Source of the DNA: an uncultured Planctomycetota bacterium
Lineage (GTDB): Bacteria; Planctomycetota; SKW154
Length of the DNA stretch: 48,310 nucleotides
Direction: 5' to 3'
NCBI GenBank assembly: GCA_964584815.1
Contig: CAZPBO010000005.1
Location: 10,463-58,772, forward strand
Below, one piece after another: positions 36,832 through 44,351 of this stretch (the first letter of the stretch is position 1; every line of letters begins with the position of its first letter). The translations under genes were made by a program, and so were the position numbers. A model generated the notes under the pieces. The model was not told the DNA's origin, did not search any database, and saw nothing but the letters and a program-made list of their open reading frames with translations.

Positions 36832-37294
36832 CCCGCTCCCCCTCAAGACGCTCCTTCAACTGACGCACCGTCAAACCAAAGACGGGGTGCACCACATCAG
36901 GCGCTATCTCGCACAGCGGCTCAAGCACAAAGCGCCGTTTATGCATATGCGGATGCGGCACAACAAGGTCGCGCTCGTTTATCACAGCATCCCCATAAAG
37001 CAGAAGGTCAAGGTCAAGTGTTCTGGGACCCCAGCGGATTGAGCGCTTTCTGCCGTGTCGGGCTTCAATGGTGAGGAGCGCGTTAAGGAGTTGACGCGCC
37101 GAAAGCGCAGTCCTCACAGCGCAGACGGCGTTAATGTAGTCGGGCTGCACAGGACCTACAGGCTCTGTCTCATAAAGCGACGAAAGCGCCACAACCCTAA
37201 CACCATCCCAGGAGTCAAGATGGGCAACGGCGGAACGAACATTTGCTTCTCTATCGCCAAGATTTGAGCCAAGCCCGATGTATGCGTCTATCAA
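36806..37294 (-). CDS. folK: 2-amino-4-hydroxy-6-hydroxymethyldihydropteridine diphosphokinase
   Basis: AYIGLGSNLGDR, LYETEPVG, RWGPRTLDLDLLLYG, and LVVPHPHMHKRRFVLEPL. Confidence 0.9.
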   Translation of the reverse strand: MIDAYIGLGSNLGDREANVRSAVAHLDSWDGVRVVALSSLYETEPVGPVQPDYINAVCAVRTALSARQLLNALLTIEARHGRKRSIRWGPRTLDLDLLLYGDAVINERDLVVPHPHMHKRRFVLEPLCEIAPDVVHPVFGLTVRQLKERLEGERDGGDTGKR

Positions 37295-38169
37295 GGCTCA
37301 CCTCCTTCTGTCTCGTTGCCGCTTATGCGGCGTTTTCTCCTCTTCTGACGCACAAAACCGACAAGATAAGCCACAGGACCATAAAGGGTATATCCGCAGA
37401 AGATGAGAGCAAGCGCCAACTCGCGCAGAAGCGCCGCCAGAAGCACGAAAAACACGATATATGTGAAGTAGTCAAAGGTGCGTTTGCCACGCATAAGGCG
37501 GTTTATGGCGTGGAAGTAGCGGATGCGGCTTGAGACCATCAGGAATGCCAGAACCACCATCAAAGGTGGCAGGGCGTTGCGGATAAGAGAACAAAGTGTC
37601 TCCACGCCGTTCCTGCCGAGGAAGGAGCCAATGTAGGCGCCCAGACTTCCCGGGGCGGCGTTCTTAAGCATATAGTGGAAAAGGACAAGTCCCGCGACAA
37701 CGCCCGCCGCACCTGGTGTGGGCAATCCTTTGAAAGTCTGGTGGTGTGACTCATCAGGGGCGTTTTCAACATTGAACCGCGCAAGACGCAGTATAGCCGC
37801 CATCGCATACAGTAGGCAGAAAAACCATGTCACCTGCGCCCAGAAGGTCGCCAACCCCGGCTGTGCAAGATGCTTTGAGTTCCACATAACGACGAGCAAA
37901 GCAGGCGCGATGCCGAAAGAGACCGCGTCACAGAGGCTGTCCAACTCGCCGCCGAGGTCGGTGGCGCTCTTCGTTAAGCGGGCTATCGTCCCGTCAAACG
38001 CGTCAAACAGCATCGCCGCGAATATCAGCCACGCCGCCTCCACAAGCCACACCCCTTCCTGCCCCTTCTCAAGCAGAAATGTGGCGACCTTAACACACGC
38101 CGCAAAACCGCACGCTCCATTAGCCAGCGTGAAAAGCGCAGGCAACACCGACAGCCCGCTACGCTTCAT
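37291..38169 (-). CDS. pssA: CDP-diacylglycerol--serine O-phosphatidyltransferase
   Basis: CDP-alcohol phosphatidyltransferase motif DAFDGTIARLTKSATDLGGELDSLCD. Multi-TM protein. Confidence 0.88.
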   Translation of the reverse strand: MKRSGLSVLPALFTLANGACGFAACVKVATFLLEKGQEGVWLVEAAWLIFAAMLFDAFDGTIARLTKSATDLGGELDSLCDAVSFGIAPALLVVMWNSKHLAQPGLATFWAQVTWFFCLLYAMAAILRLARFNVENAPDESHHQTFKGLPTPGAAGVVAGLVLFHYMLKNAAPGSLGAYIGSFLGRNGVETLCSLIRNALPPLMVVLAFLMVSSRIRYFHAINRLMRGKRTFDYFTYIVFFVLLAALLRELALALIFCGYTLYGPVAYLVGFVRQKRRKRRISGNETEGGEP

Positions 38170-38827
38170 CCAAAAACTCCCCTATCACCGTCTCTCCCGC
38201 CCTTGTCCTGTCCCCGACCTTAACGCACCACCGAAATCGCGCACCCTCCTCCACCCATACCTCAAGCCGCGAACCGTATTTTACCATCCCGTAACGCTTC
38301 CCGCGCTCCAACTTTTGCCCCTCTTTTGCCTCGCACACTATCCGACGCGCCACTATCCCTGCCACCTGCCTCACCAACACCCTACCCCACCTCGTCTTAA
38401 GCCCAACCTCATACGATTCGTTCCGCTCTGATGCCTCCTCCAAATCCGCCCTCAAAAATTCGCCAGGTCTATATAAGGTATGCACTACCTCCCCCGCCAC
38501 TGGCACTCGGTTCACATGCACATTGAACAGCGACATAAAGATACCCAATCGCTTGGCACGACCTACAAAGGGATGCTCAAGCCCTTCCTTTATATCCTTT
38601 ACGACACCATCTGCAGGCGATACAACGCGGTTCTCGCCATCTGGCACCCGTCTGTGTGGGTCGCGGAAAAACTGTAACCCCAAAATCCCCAATCCCGCAG
38701 GACCAATCAGCAGCATAAGTCCCCACAGCCAGCCCTGCCATAGACACGCGAAAAGAATCGCCGCGACTGACAGAACCGTCACGCCAAGGACTATCCTCAC
38801 CTCCGCTTTCGCATAGCGTGTGAACAC
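38159..38827 (-). CDS. psd: Phosphatidylserine decarboxylase proenzyme (short form)
   Basis: FMSLFNVHVNRVPVAG and the G-S processing context MVKYGSRLEVW. It lies adjacent to pssA. Confidence 0.85.
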   Translation of the reverse strand: MFTRYAKAEVRIVLGVTVLSVAAILFACLWQGWLWGLMLLIGPAGLGILGLQFFRDPHRRVPDGENRVVSPADGVVKDIKEGLEHPFVGRAKRLGIFMSLFNVHVNRVPVAGEVVHTLYRPGEFLRADLEEASERNESYEVGLKTRWGRVLVRQVAGIVARRIVCEAKEGQKLERGKRYGMVKYGSRLEVWVEEGARFRWCVKVGDRTRAGETVIGEFLDEA

Positions 38828-38831
38828 AGCC

Positions 38832-39761
38832 TTATCCTTGCCAACGCCGCAGTCCCCGCTCCATCATCATCTTCAAACGCCGCTCCACTATCATATCCCC
38901 TCTGAAATTGCGCATCTTCACCCGTTCCTCAAGCCCCTCCGTATACGCCGCCTCAGGCATCAGACCTATCAACTCGCTTTCTGCCACCTCAACACCCGCC
39001 TCACGCGCCAAACGCTCTATCTCCCTATACACCCGCTCCACTCCTGTTTTTGTGAAGTCAACAAGGTTCATTGAGACCTGCACACAGCCTTTCTCTTCCA
39101 ACCAGAGCCCGAGCGCTTTGACAGCGGGAAGTCCGCCGTCCTTTTCGCGGATGGTCTTCGCTATGCGGCGTGCAAGGTCCAAATCTTTTGAGCGCAGGTT
39201 CACATTATAGGCGATGAGGAACTGCCGCGCCCCGACCGCCGAACACCCCGCCGTCGGATGAATGCGGTTCGGTCCAAAATCGGGCACACGCTCCGGGTCC
39301 TTGCCTATCAACTCGCGCAGTTTCTCAAACTGACCACGACGAATATTGGCAAGGTTGCGACGCTCCTGTCGCGTCGCCGCCCTCTCATACAGATACACAG
39401 GTATCCCCAACTCCTCGCCTATCCTCCGCCCCACACGCCTCGCCAACTCCACACATTCATCCATCTGGGTTCCACCGAGCGGCACAAACGGCAAAACATC
39501 GGTCGCCCCCATCCGCGGATGACTCCCCTGATGACGGGTTAAATCTATCAACTCCGCCGCCTTCGCCACCAACTTAAACGCACCCTCACCCACCACTTCC
39601 GACTCACCCGCAAATGTTATCACACTCCTGTTGTGGTCCGCATCACTTGACACATCCAAAAGATATATCCCATCAACACTCATCAACGCGTCCACAACAG
39701 CCTCCACCACCTCCTTCCGTCTGCCTTCTGATATGTTGGGAACCGACTCAACCAACCCCAT
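38832..39761 (-). CDS. Glutamate formimidoyltransferase (FtcD N-terminal-type)
   Basis: MGLVESVPNISEGRR N-terminus, preceded by AGGAG. The 38-codon upstream extension to 39875 lacks family-like sequence. Confidence 0.8.
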   Translation of the reverse strand: MGLVESVPNISEGRRKEVVEAVVDALMSVDGIYLLDVSSDADHNRSVITFAGESEVVGEGAFKLVAKAAELIDLTRHQGSHPRMGATDVLPFVPLGGTQMDECVELARRVGRRIGEELGIPVYLYERAATRQERRNLANIRRGQFEKLRELIGKDPERVPDFGPNRIHPTAGCSAVGARQFLIAYNVNLRSKDLDLARRIAKTIREKDGGLPAVKALGLWLEEKGCVQVSMNLVDFTKTGVERVYREIERLAREAGVEVAESELIGLMPEAAYTEGLEERVKMRNFRGDMIVERRLKMMMERGLRRWQG

Positions 39762-40037
39762 AGCACATCTCCTAACACAACAGACTATTTTATCCGCAAA
39801 ACGCGCCTGTTCAAACCCTGCAAGCATCTGCTCGCTGTTAACACAGTTTTTACGCCGCGTTTGTGGTCTCCGCACTCAAATGCGGGTCCTCCGCGATGGA
39901 TGTTGATGCTTGGTGTGCGCTTAAGTCCGCAGTCATATCTGACGATTCGGACTAATTTGACCTGAAAACCGAAGCCCTGCGTCCATGAAAGGGGCGGTGT
40001 TAAGGCGTAAAGTATGCTTTTGTTCGTAAACCCGCTG

Positions 40038-40046
40038 TGATATAAT
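40038..40046 (+). promoter_or_regulatory. Extended -10 promoter element upstream of the AAA+ regulator gene
   Basis: TGaTATAAT at 40038-40046, 24 nt upstream of the GTG start at 40070. No good -35 element. Confidence 0.35.
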
Positions 40047-40069
40047 GGTGTGTAACGAGGGGATATGGT

Positions 40070-41611
40070 GTGGGTGAGGTAGAGCGGTATAGAAGGCTTC
40101 TGCGTTTCTTTTCCACTTATGAACCTGAGGAAGAGAACACATTTTTGCAGGAACTAGCCGATTTTTTAAGCGACCTTCTGAAGGCGGAAAGAGCGTCGGT
40201 TTTCCTTCTATCCGCGGATATGGACACATTGACGGCGGAGGCGGCGTTGGGAGTGGACTCCCGCGGCATACGGATTGACAAGATGGCAGGACTTGCAGGA
40301 TATGTCTTTCGCACGGGTGAGTCGCTGCTTGTAGACGATGCCTACTCTGATGAGCGTTTCCTTCCTGATGTGGACAAAGAGACAGGGTTTCGGACAAGGA
40401 GCGTGGTCTGTGTGGCGATAAAGCGTCGTGACGGCACACCAATAGGCGTGATAGAGGTGTTGAATCGTCGTGATGGGGTGTTTGGGAAGGGTGATGTGGA
40501 GTTGCTTGAGAGCGCGGCGGCGCAGACCGCCCGTGTCGTCCTCTCTATGCGCCGATACCGTTACCTGAAGGAGGCGACCCGCAGTCTGCGCGAGGAGAAG
40601 ACAAGGCTTCTGCGCCGTCTTAAACGCGGTCGCGGCGTAGACGCCATTGTTGGCGTCTCCCCGCATATCCAGAACATCCGCCGCCTCATTTTGCAAGTTG
40701 CCCCCACAGACAGCACGGTGTTGGTGACAGGAGAAAGCGGAACGGGTAAGGAGTTGGTGGCGAAGGCGTTGCATTATGAGAGTCCACGCGCGGGAAGCGG
40801 AGAGTTCGTTGCGGTCAACTGTGCCGCAATTCCAGAAACCCTTCTTGAGGCGGAGTTGTTCGGTGTGGAGCGCGGTGCGGCGACAGGGGTGGAGGAACGG
40901 GCGGGGAAGTTTGAGCGGGCGCATCGCGGCACTCTGTTTCTTGATGAAATCGGTGATATGGCGCCGCCGATGCAGGCGAAACTGCTCCGCGTGCTGCAAG
41001 ACAAGCGCATAGTGCGACTGGGAGCAACCGCGGAACGGAGCGTTGATGTGCGTGTTGTGGCTGCCACCAACCGCAACCTGCAGCAACTCGTTCGCGATGG
41101 GCATTTTCGCGAAGACCTTTTCTGGCGCTTAAGCGTCATTGAGATACATATTGAACCGCTGCGTAGTCACAGGGAAGACATCCCACCGCTTGCGGAGGCG
41201 TTTCTGAAGGAGGCGTGTGAGCGGTTCGGCAAGCGCATCAGAGGTTTTGCCGAAGGGGTGATGGATGCGTTGTGTGGGTATCACTGGCCGGGGAATGTGC
41301 GGCAATTGCGCAACGAGGTGGAGCGTGCGGTGCTTCTGTGTTCGGCGCCTGTGCTGCGGCTTGATAATTTCTCTGCCGCGCTGCGAGGAGAGGCACAGGA
41401 AGATGTGGGTCTGGATTTGAGAGCGGCGAAGGAACGCCTTGAGCGCCGTCTGATAACCGAAGCGCTGCGCAGAACGGGCGGCAACCGCACCGCCGCCGCA
41501 AAACTCCTCGGCATCACCCGCGAAGCACTACGCAAAAAACTCCTTAAATTCAACCTCACAAGGAGCAACAACGATGTTGAAGGTCTTCCTGATACGGCAC
41601 GGACAGACTGA
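40070..41611 (+). CDS. GAF-domain NtrC-family AAA+ transcriptional regulator with degenerate GAFTGA loop
   Basis: GTG start. N-terminal GAF-like domain, Walker A GESGTGKE, Walker B LFLDEIGD, and a C-terminal Fis-type HTH AAKLLGITREALRKKL. The sigma54-contact loop reads GAATGV. Confidence 0.88.
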   Translation: MGEVERYRRLLRFFSTYEPEEENTFLQELADFLSDLLKAERASVFLLSADMDTLTAEAALGVDSRGIRIDKMAGLAGYVFRTGESLLVDDAYSDERFLPDVDKETGFRTRSVVCVAIKRRDGTPIGVIEVLNRRDGVFGKGDVELLESAAAQTARVVLSMRRYRYLKEATRSLREEKTRLLRRLKRGRGVDAIVGVSPHIQNIRRLILQVAPTDSTVLVTGESGTGKELVAKALHYESPRAGSGEFVAVNCAAIPETLLEAELFGVERGAATGVEERAGKFERAHRGTLFLDEIGDMAPPMQAKLLRVLQDKRIVRLGATAERSVDVRVVAATNRNLQQLVRDGHFREDLFWRLSVIEIHIEPLRSHREDIPPLAEAFLKEACERFGKRIRGFAEGVMDALCGYHWPGNVRQLRNEVERAVLLCSAPVLRLDNFSAALRGEAQEDVGLDLRAAKERLERRLITEALRRTGGNRTAAAKLLGITREALRKKLLKFNLTRSNNDVEGLPDTARTD

Positions 41612-42185
41612 ATGGAATGTTGAGAGGCGCTTTCGGGGTCGGTGCAACATATCGCTGTCCAAGCAAGGTGTTGAGCAAGCACACCGCACCGCAGAAGCGC
41701 TATCAAACCTGCGCCCCGCTGCACTACTGTCAAGTCCCCTTAAACGCTGTCTTCAGACCGCAGAACCTCTCGCCGACCGTTTTGGTCTCACAATAGAACC
41801 CACAGAAGGACTAAACGACGCCGATTTTGGCGACTGGAGTGGTCTTTCCCGCGACGAGGTCAAAAGACGCTGGAGTAGCGAGTTCGCGAGGTGGCGCAGC
41901 GGTGATTTGTCACTTCGCTTCCCAGGCGGAGAGTCGCTTCACGACGCAAAAGAGCGCATCGCCTCGTTCATCTGCGGTCTTGAGGAAAAGTTCGGTAAGG
42001 ACGATACGGTTGTCTGCGTCACCCATCAGGTGCCGCTGAAGTTGATGGCGTGCTGGCTGCTGGGGGAAGCGGCGTTCTGGCGCGTCCATTTTGAACCAGC
42101 CAGCATAACTGTTCTGCGAAAAACCCCCCGTTTCTGGCAGGCAACCACGCTTGGTTCTGCATTCCACCTTAAGGGACTGCTGTAG
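41574..42185 (+). CDS. Histidine phosphatase superfamily (phosphoglycerate-mutase-like) protein
   Basis: VFLIRHGQTEWN catalytic RHG motif. AGGAG upstream. Confidence 0.85.
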   Translation: MLKVFLIRHGQTEWNVERRFRGRCNISLSKQGVEQAHRTAEALSNLRPAALLSSPLKRCLQTAEPLADRFGLTIEPTEGLNDADFGDWSGLSRDEVKRRWSSEFARWRSGDLSLRFPGGESLHDAKERIASFICGLEEKFGKDDTVVCVTHQVPLKLMACWLLGEAAFWRVHFEPASITVLRKTPRFWQATTLGSAFHLKGLL

Positions 42186-42212
42186 GAAGCAAGGATTTTT
42201 CGGCAGGAAGAG

Positions 42213-43103
42213 ATGAGCCGCGAGATGCTTTTCGGCGCCGACATAGGTGCAAGCCACATCAGAGTCGGGCGGGTTGTGGCAGAACGCGTTGTTCAGAAAA
42301 TAGAGGAAACGACTGGGAGAAGTCCCCAAGCGGCGGCACGACAGATAGCGGATGCGCTCCTTGAACTGGGAGCATCGGGGATGGTGCGCCTCGGCATAGG
42401 ATGCGCAGGACGGGTCTGCCCACAGACAGGAAGGGTAATTCTCTCACCGAATCTCGGCTGGCGGGATGTGGATTTGGCGTTTGAGGTAGTGCGCGCGGCA
42501 GCAGAAGCAGGGCTTGAACTGTTGGTGACCGTGGAAAACGATGTGAATGCGGGTGTGTGGGGAGAGTTCAGGTGCGGTGCGGGAAGAGGGACGCGGAACA
42601 TTGCCGGGGTGTTCGTGGGGACGGGAATCGGAGGCGGACTCGTAATCGGTGGAAAATTGTTGCGCGGGGCAAGTGGCGGAGGCGGGGAAGTAGGGCACGC
42701 ACCGTTTGAGGCGGGGGGTGCAAGATGTGCTTGCGGCAGGCGTGGATGTTTTGAGGCATATGCGGGAGGATGGGCGGTAGAAGCACGGTATGAGAGGATG
42801 ACAGGGCGGCGCTTGAAAGCGTCGGAAATCTGGGCAAGGCGAGGAAGAGACCCATCAGCGGCGGAGGTATGGAGTAAAGCGATTGAGGTGCTGGCACATC
42901 TTCTGCTGATGCTGTCTGCGGTTGTGGATGTGGAACGGGTGGTGCTGGGTGGCGGGGTGGTGGAGCGCTGCAATGGGTTGGCGGACGAGGTGGCGGCTGC
43001 ATACAAGGGTTTGGTAGGAGACGACTGGGACGCTGCGGATGTGGTGGCTGCGCAACTGAAAGGAGATGCAACGCTTGTAGGCGCAGCACTTCTTGCGCTA
43101 TAA
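42213..43103 (+). CDS. ROK-family sugar kinase (glucokinase-like)
   Basis: GADIGASHIRVG, ENDVNAGVWGE, and the zinc motif CACGRRGCFEAYAGG. Confidence 0.88.
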   Translation: MSREMLFGADIGASHIRVGRVVAERVVQKIEETTGRSPQAAARQIADALLELGASGMVRLGIGCAGRVCPQTGRVILSPNLGWRDVDLAFEVVRAAAEAGLELLVTVENDVNAGVWGEFRCGAGRGTRNIAGVFVGTGIGGGLVIGGKLLRGASGGGGEVGHAPFEAGGARCACGRRGCFEAYAGGWAVEARYERMTGRRLKASEIWARRGRDPSAAEVWSKAIEVLAHLLLMLSAVVDVERVVLGGGVVERCNGLADEVAAAYKGLVGDDWDAADVVAAQLKGDATLVGAALLAL

Positions 43104-43129
43104 TAGGCGTTGTTGCTGGAGGATAAGCA

Positions 43130-44143
43130 ATGCGGCGTGCCAAAAGATGGTTCGGCGACTTCTTGAAACCTGAAAAACCAGAAGAACCGGCAGGTGGGAT
43201 AGAAAAGGAGACAAAAGAAACGCCATCTGTGAAGTTGTCGGGAGCGTTTTGGGTGTGGCTTCTTTTCGGAGCGGTCTGTGTGTTGTGCGTTGTGTTTGCG
43301 TTTTTGTGGGTGATGGGGCGGCGTGATGTGGTTAAGGCGGAGGGTCAGGTAAATGCGCTGGCGGATGTGGCGGGCGCGCTGCTTGAAGGCGATTACGCAG
43401 GACTTCGGGAGTCGTTAGGACGCGCACGAGGACTCGGCGTCCCAACTAATGTGGAAAAACTCCTGAACCGCATAGACGCCACCAGCACAACCCAAACATC
43501 GCTTGCACGCCGCTTCCTTGCTCTGGCAAAACAACATCTGTCAAAAGCCGAACTTAAAAAAGCATTCTACGCCGACCTTGAGGATATGGTGCGCAACCGC
43601 CTGCGAAACGCCGACCCCACAACACTCAAACGCCTCATCGGGCAAGAGCATATAAAATCGCTGCTTAAGGAACTGTTGCGCTCATCCGACACCGCCGACA
43701 TAGAAAAAGCGCTCGGCGAAAGGCTGAACGACCTCATACGCGCACGCCTTGAAAAGTTGTCCGATGAGCGTGCGGTGGCAACCATAGGTCCCAAGTTCAT
43801 AAACCTTGTCAACTTCCTGTTCAAACAAGCAGCAGGCAACTACGCTGTCCTCTCCCAAATCCTGCCCCCAAAGACCCGCCAAACGCTTGCCGAAACACTG
43901 CTTGCCAACAAAAGCGTGGAAGAATTGGCGCCGCTGCTTGAGGAACGCCTTGAGAAACTGACAGACGCCGTAAAAGAATGGCGCCGCAAAAACCGCATCC
44001 TCGTCATCCTCAAAGACGGCAAAACAATAGAAGGTGTGCTGCTCAAGAAAACAAAAACCGAACTGACCATCCGCAAAGATGACGGCAAAAAACAAACAAT
44101 CCCGCTTGATAGAGTGAAAGAGATGAAAAAGACGGCTAAATAA
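43130..44143 (+). CDS. Hypothetical membrane-anchored helical protein with C-terminal small beta-domain
   Basis: GGAGGA upstream. TM FWVWLLFGAVCVLCVVFAFLWV, then a long helical region. The C-terminus is ILVILKDGKTIEGVLLKKTKTELTIRKDDGKKQTIPLDRV. Confidence 0.65.
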   Translation: MRRAKRWFGDFLKPEKPEEPAGGIEKETKETPSVKLSGAFWVWLLFGAVCVLCVVFAFLWVMGRRDVVKAEGQVNALADVAGALLEGDYAGLRESLGRARGLGVPTNVEKLLNRIDATSTTQTSLARRFLALAKQHLSKAELKKAFYADLEDMVRNRLRNADPTTLKRLIGQEHIKSLLKELLRSSDTADIEKALGERLNDLIRARLEKLSDERAVATIGPKFINLVNFLFKQAAGNYAVLSQILPPKTRQTLAETLLANKSVEELAPLLEERLEKLTDAVKEWRRKNRILVILKDGKTIEGVLLKKTKTELTIRKDDGKKQTIPLDRVKEMKKTAK

Positions 44144-44301
44144 CCGTTGCGACGAGACAGTCCAACCCGCAAGAATAACCGTTCCACGCACCTATTATTA
44201 TGCCGCGGTCAACGATAGCCGGCAGAAAGTGTCACAGCAAACAACATTGAAGACACCTAACCCAAGATGTAAGTGAAGTGCGACGGAGGCTAAATAGATG
44301 G

Positions 44302-44330
44302 TTGAAAAGATGGTGAAACGGGGTTAGGAT
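44302..44330 (+). promoter_or_regulatory. Weak sigma70-type promoter candidate for kinase 2
   Basis: TTGAAA at 44302-44307, 17-nt spacer, TAGGAT at 44325-44330. GGAGAGAGG precedes the ATG at 44352. Confidence 0.3.
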
Positions 44331-44351
44331 AAATGTGGATGGAGAGAGGCG

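Noticed and set aside
35340-37074. Plus-strand ORFs of 210, 261 and 209 aa overlapping nfi, panD, panC and folK.
   Set aside because: They are shadow frames of strongly supported minus-strand genes. No start context is present and the composition is skewed.
39762-39875. A 38-codon N-terminal extension of the formimidoyltransferase ORF. I also considered a folate (THF) riboswitch in this leader, given the folate-related genes downstream.
   Set aside because: The family-typical N-terminus MGLVESVPNISEGR starts at 39761 with a good SD, and the extension has no protein-like features. I could not match the leader to the THF-I or THF-II consensus by eye. Only a 5-bp hairpin is present.
39925-39952. 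Imperfect hairpin GTCCGCAGTCA-TATC-TGACGATTCGGAC in the divergent intergenic region.
   Set aside because: The stems are short (5 + 4 bp) and interrupted by an asymmetric internal loop. No U-tract and no repeat of the motif elsewhere. The evidence is insufficient to call an operator or an RNA element.
40208-43006. Minus-strand ORFs of 298 aa (40208-41104) and 237 aa (42293-43006), plus several of 120-190 aa.
   Set aside because: They are antisense to the AAA+ regulator and the ROK kinase, both of which carry clear family motifs. The translations are Pro/Arg/Ser/His-rich with no domain-like pattern.
44139-44183. 10-nt direct repeat AATAACCGTT (44139-44148 and 44174-44183) flanking a 5-bp stem, downstream of the 43130 gene.
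   Set aside because: It is too short to distinguish from chance. The stem is weak with a 16-nt loop and no T-run, so it is not called as a terminator or a repeat element.
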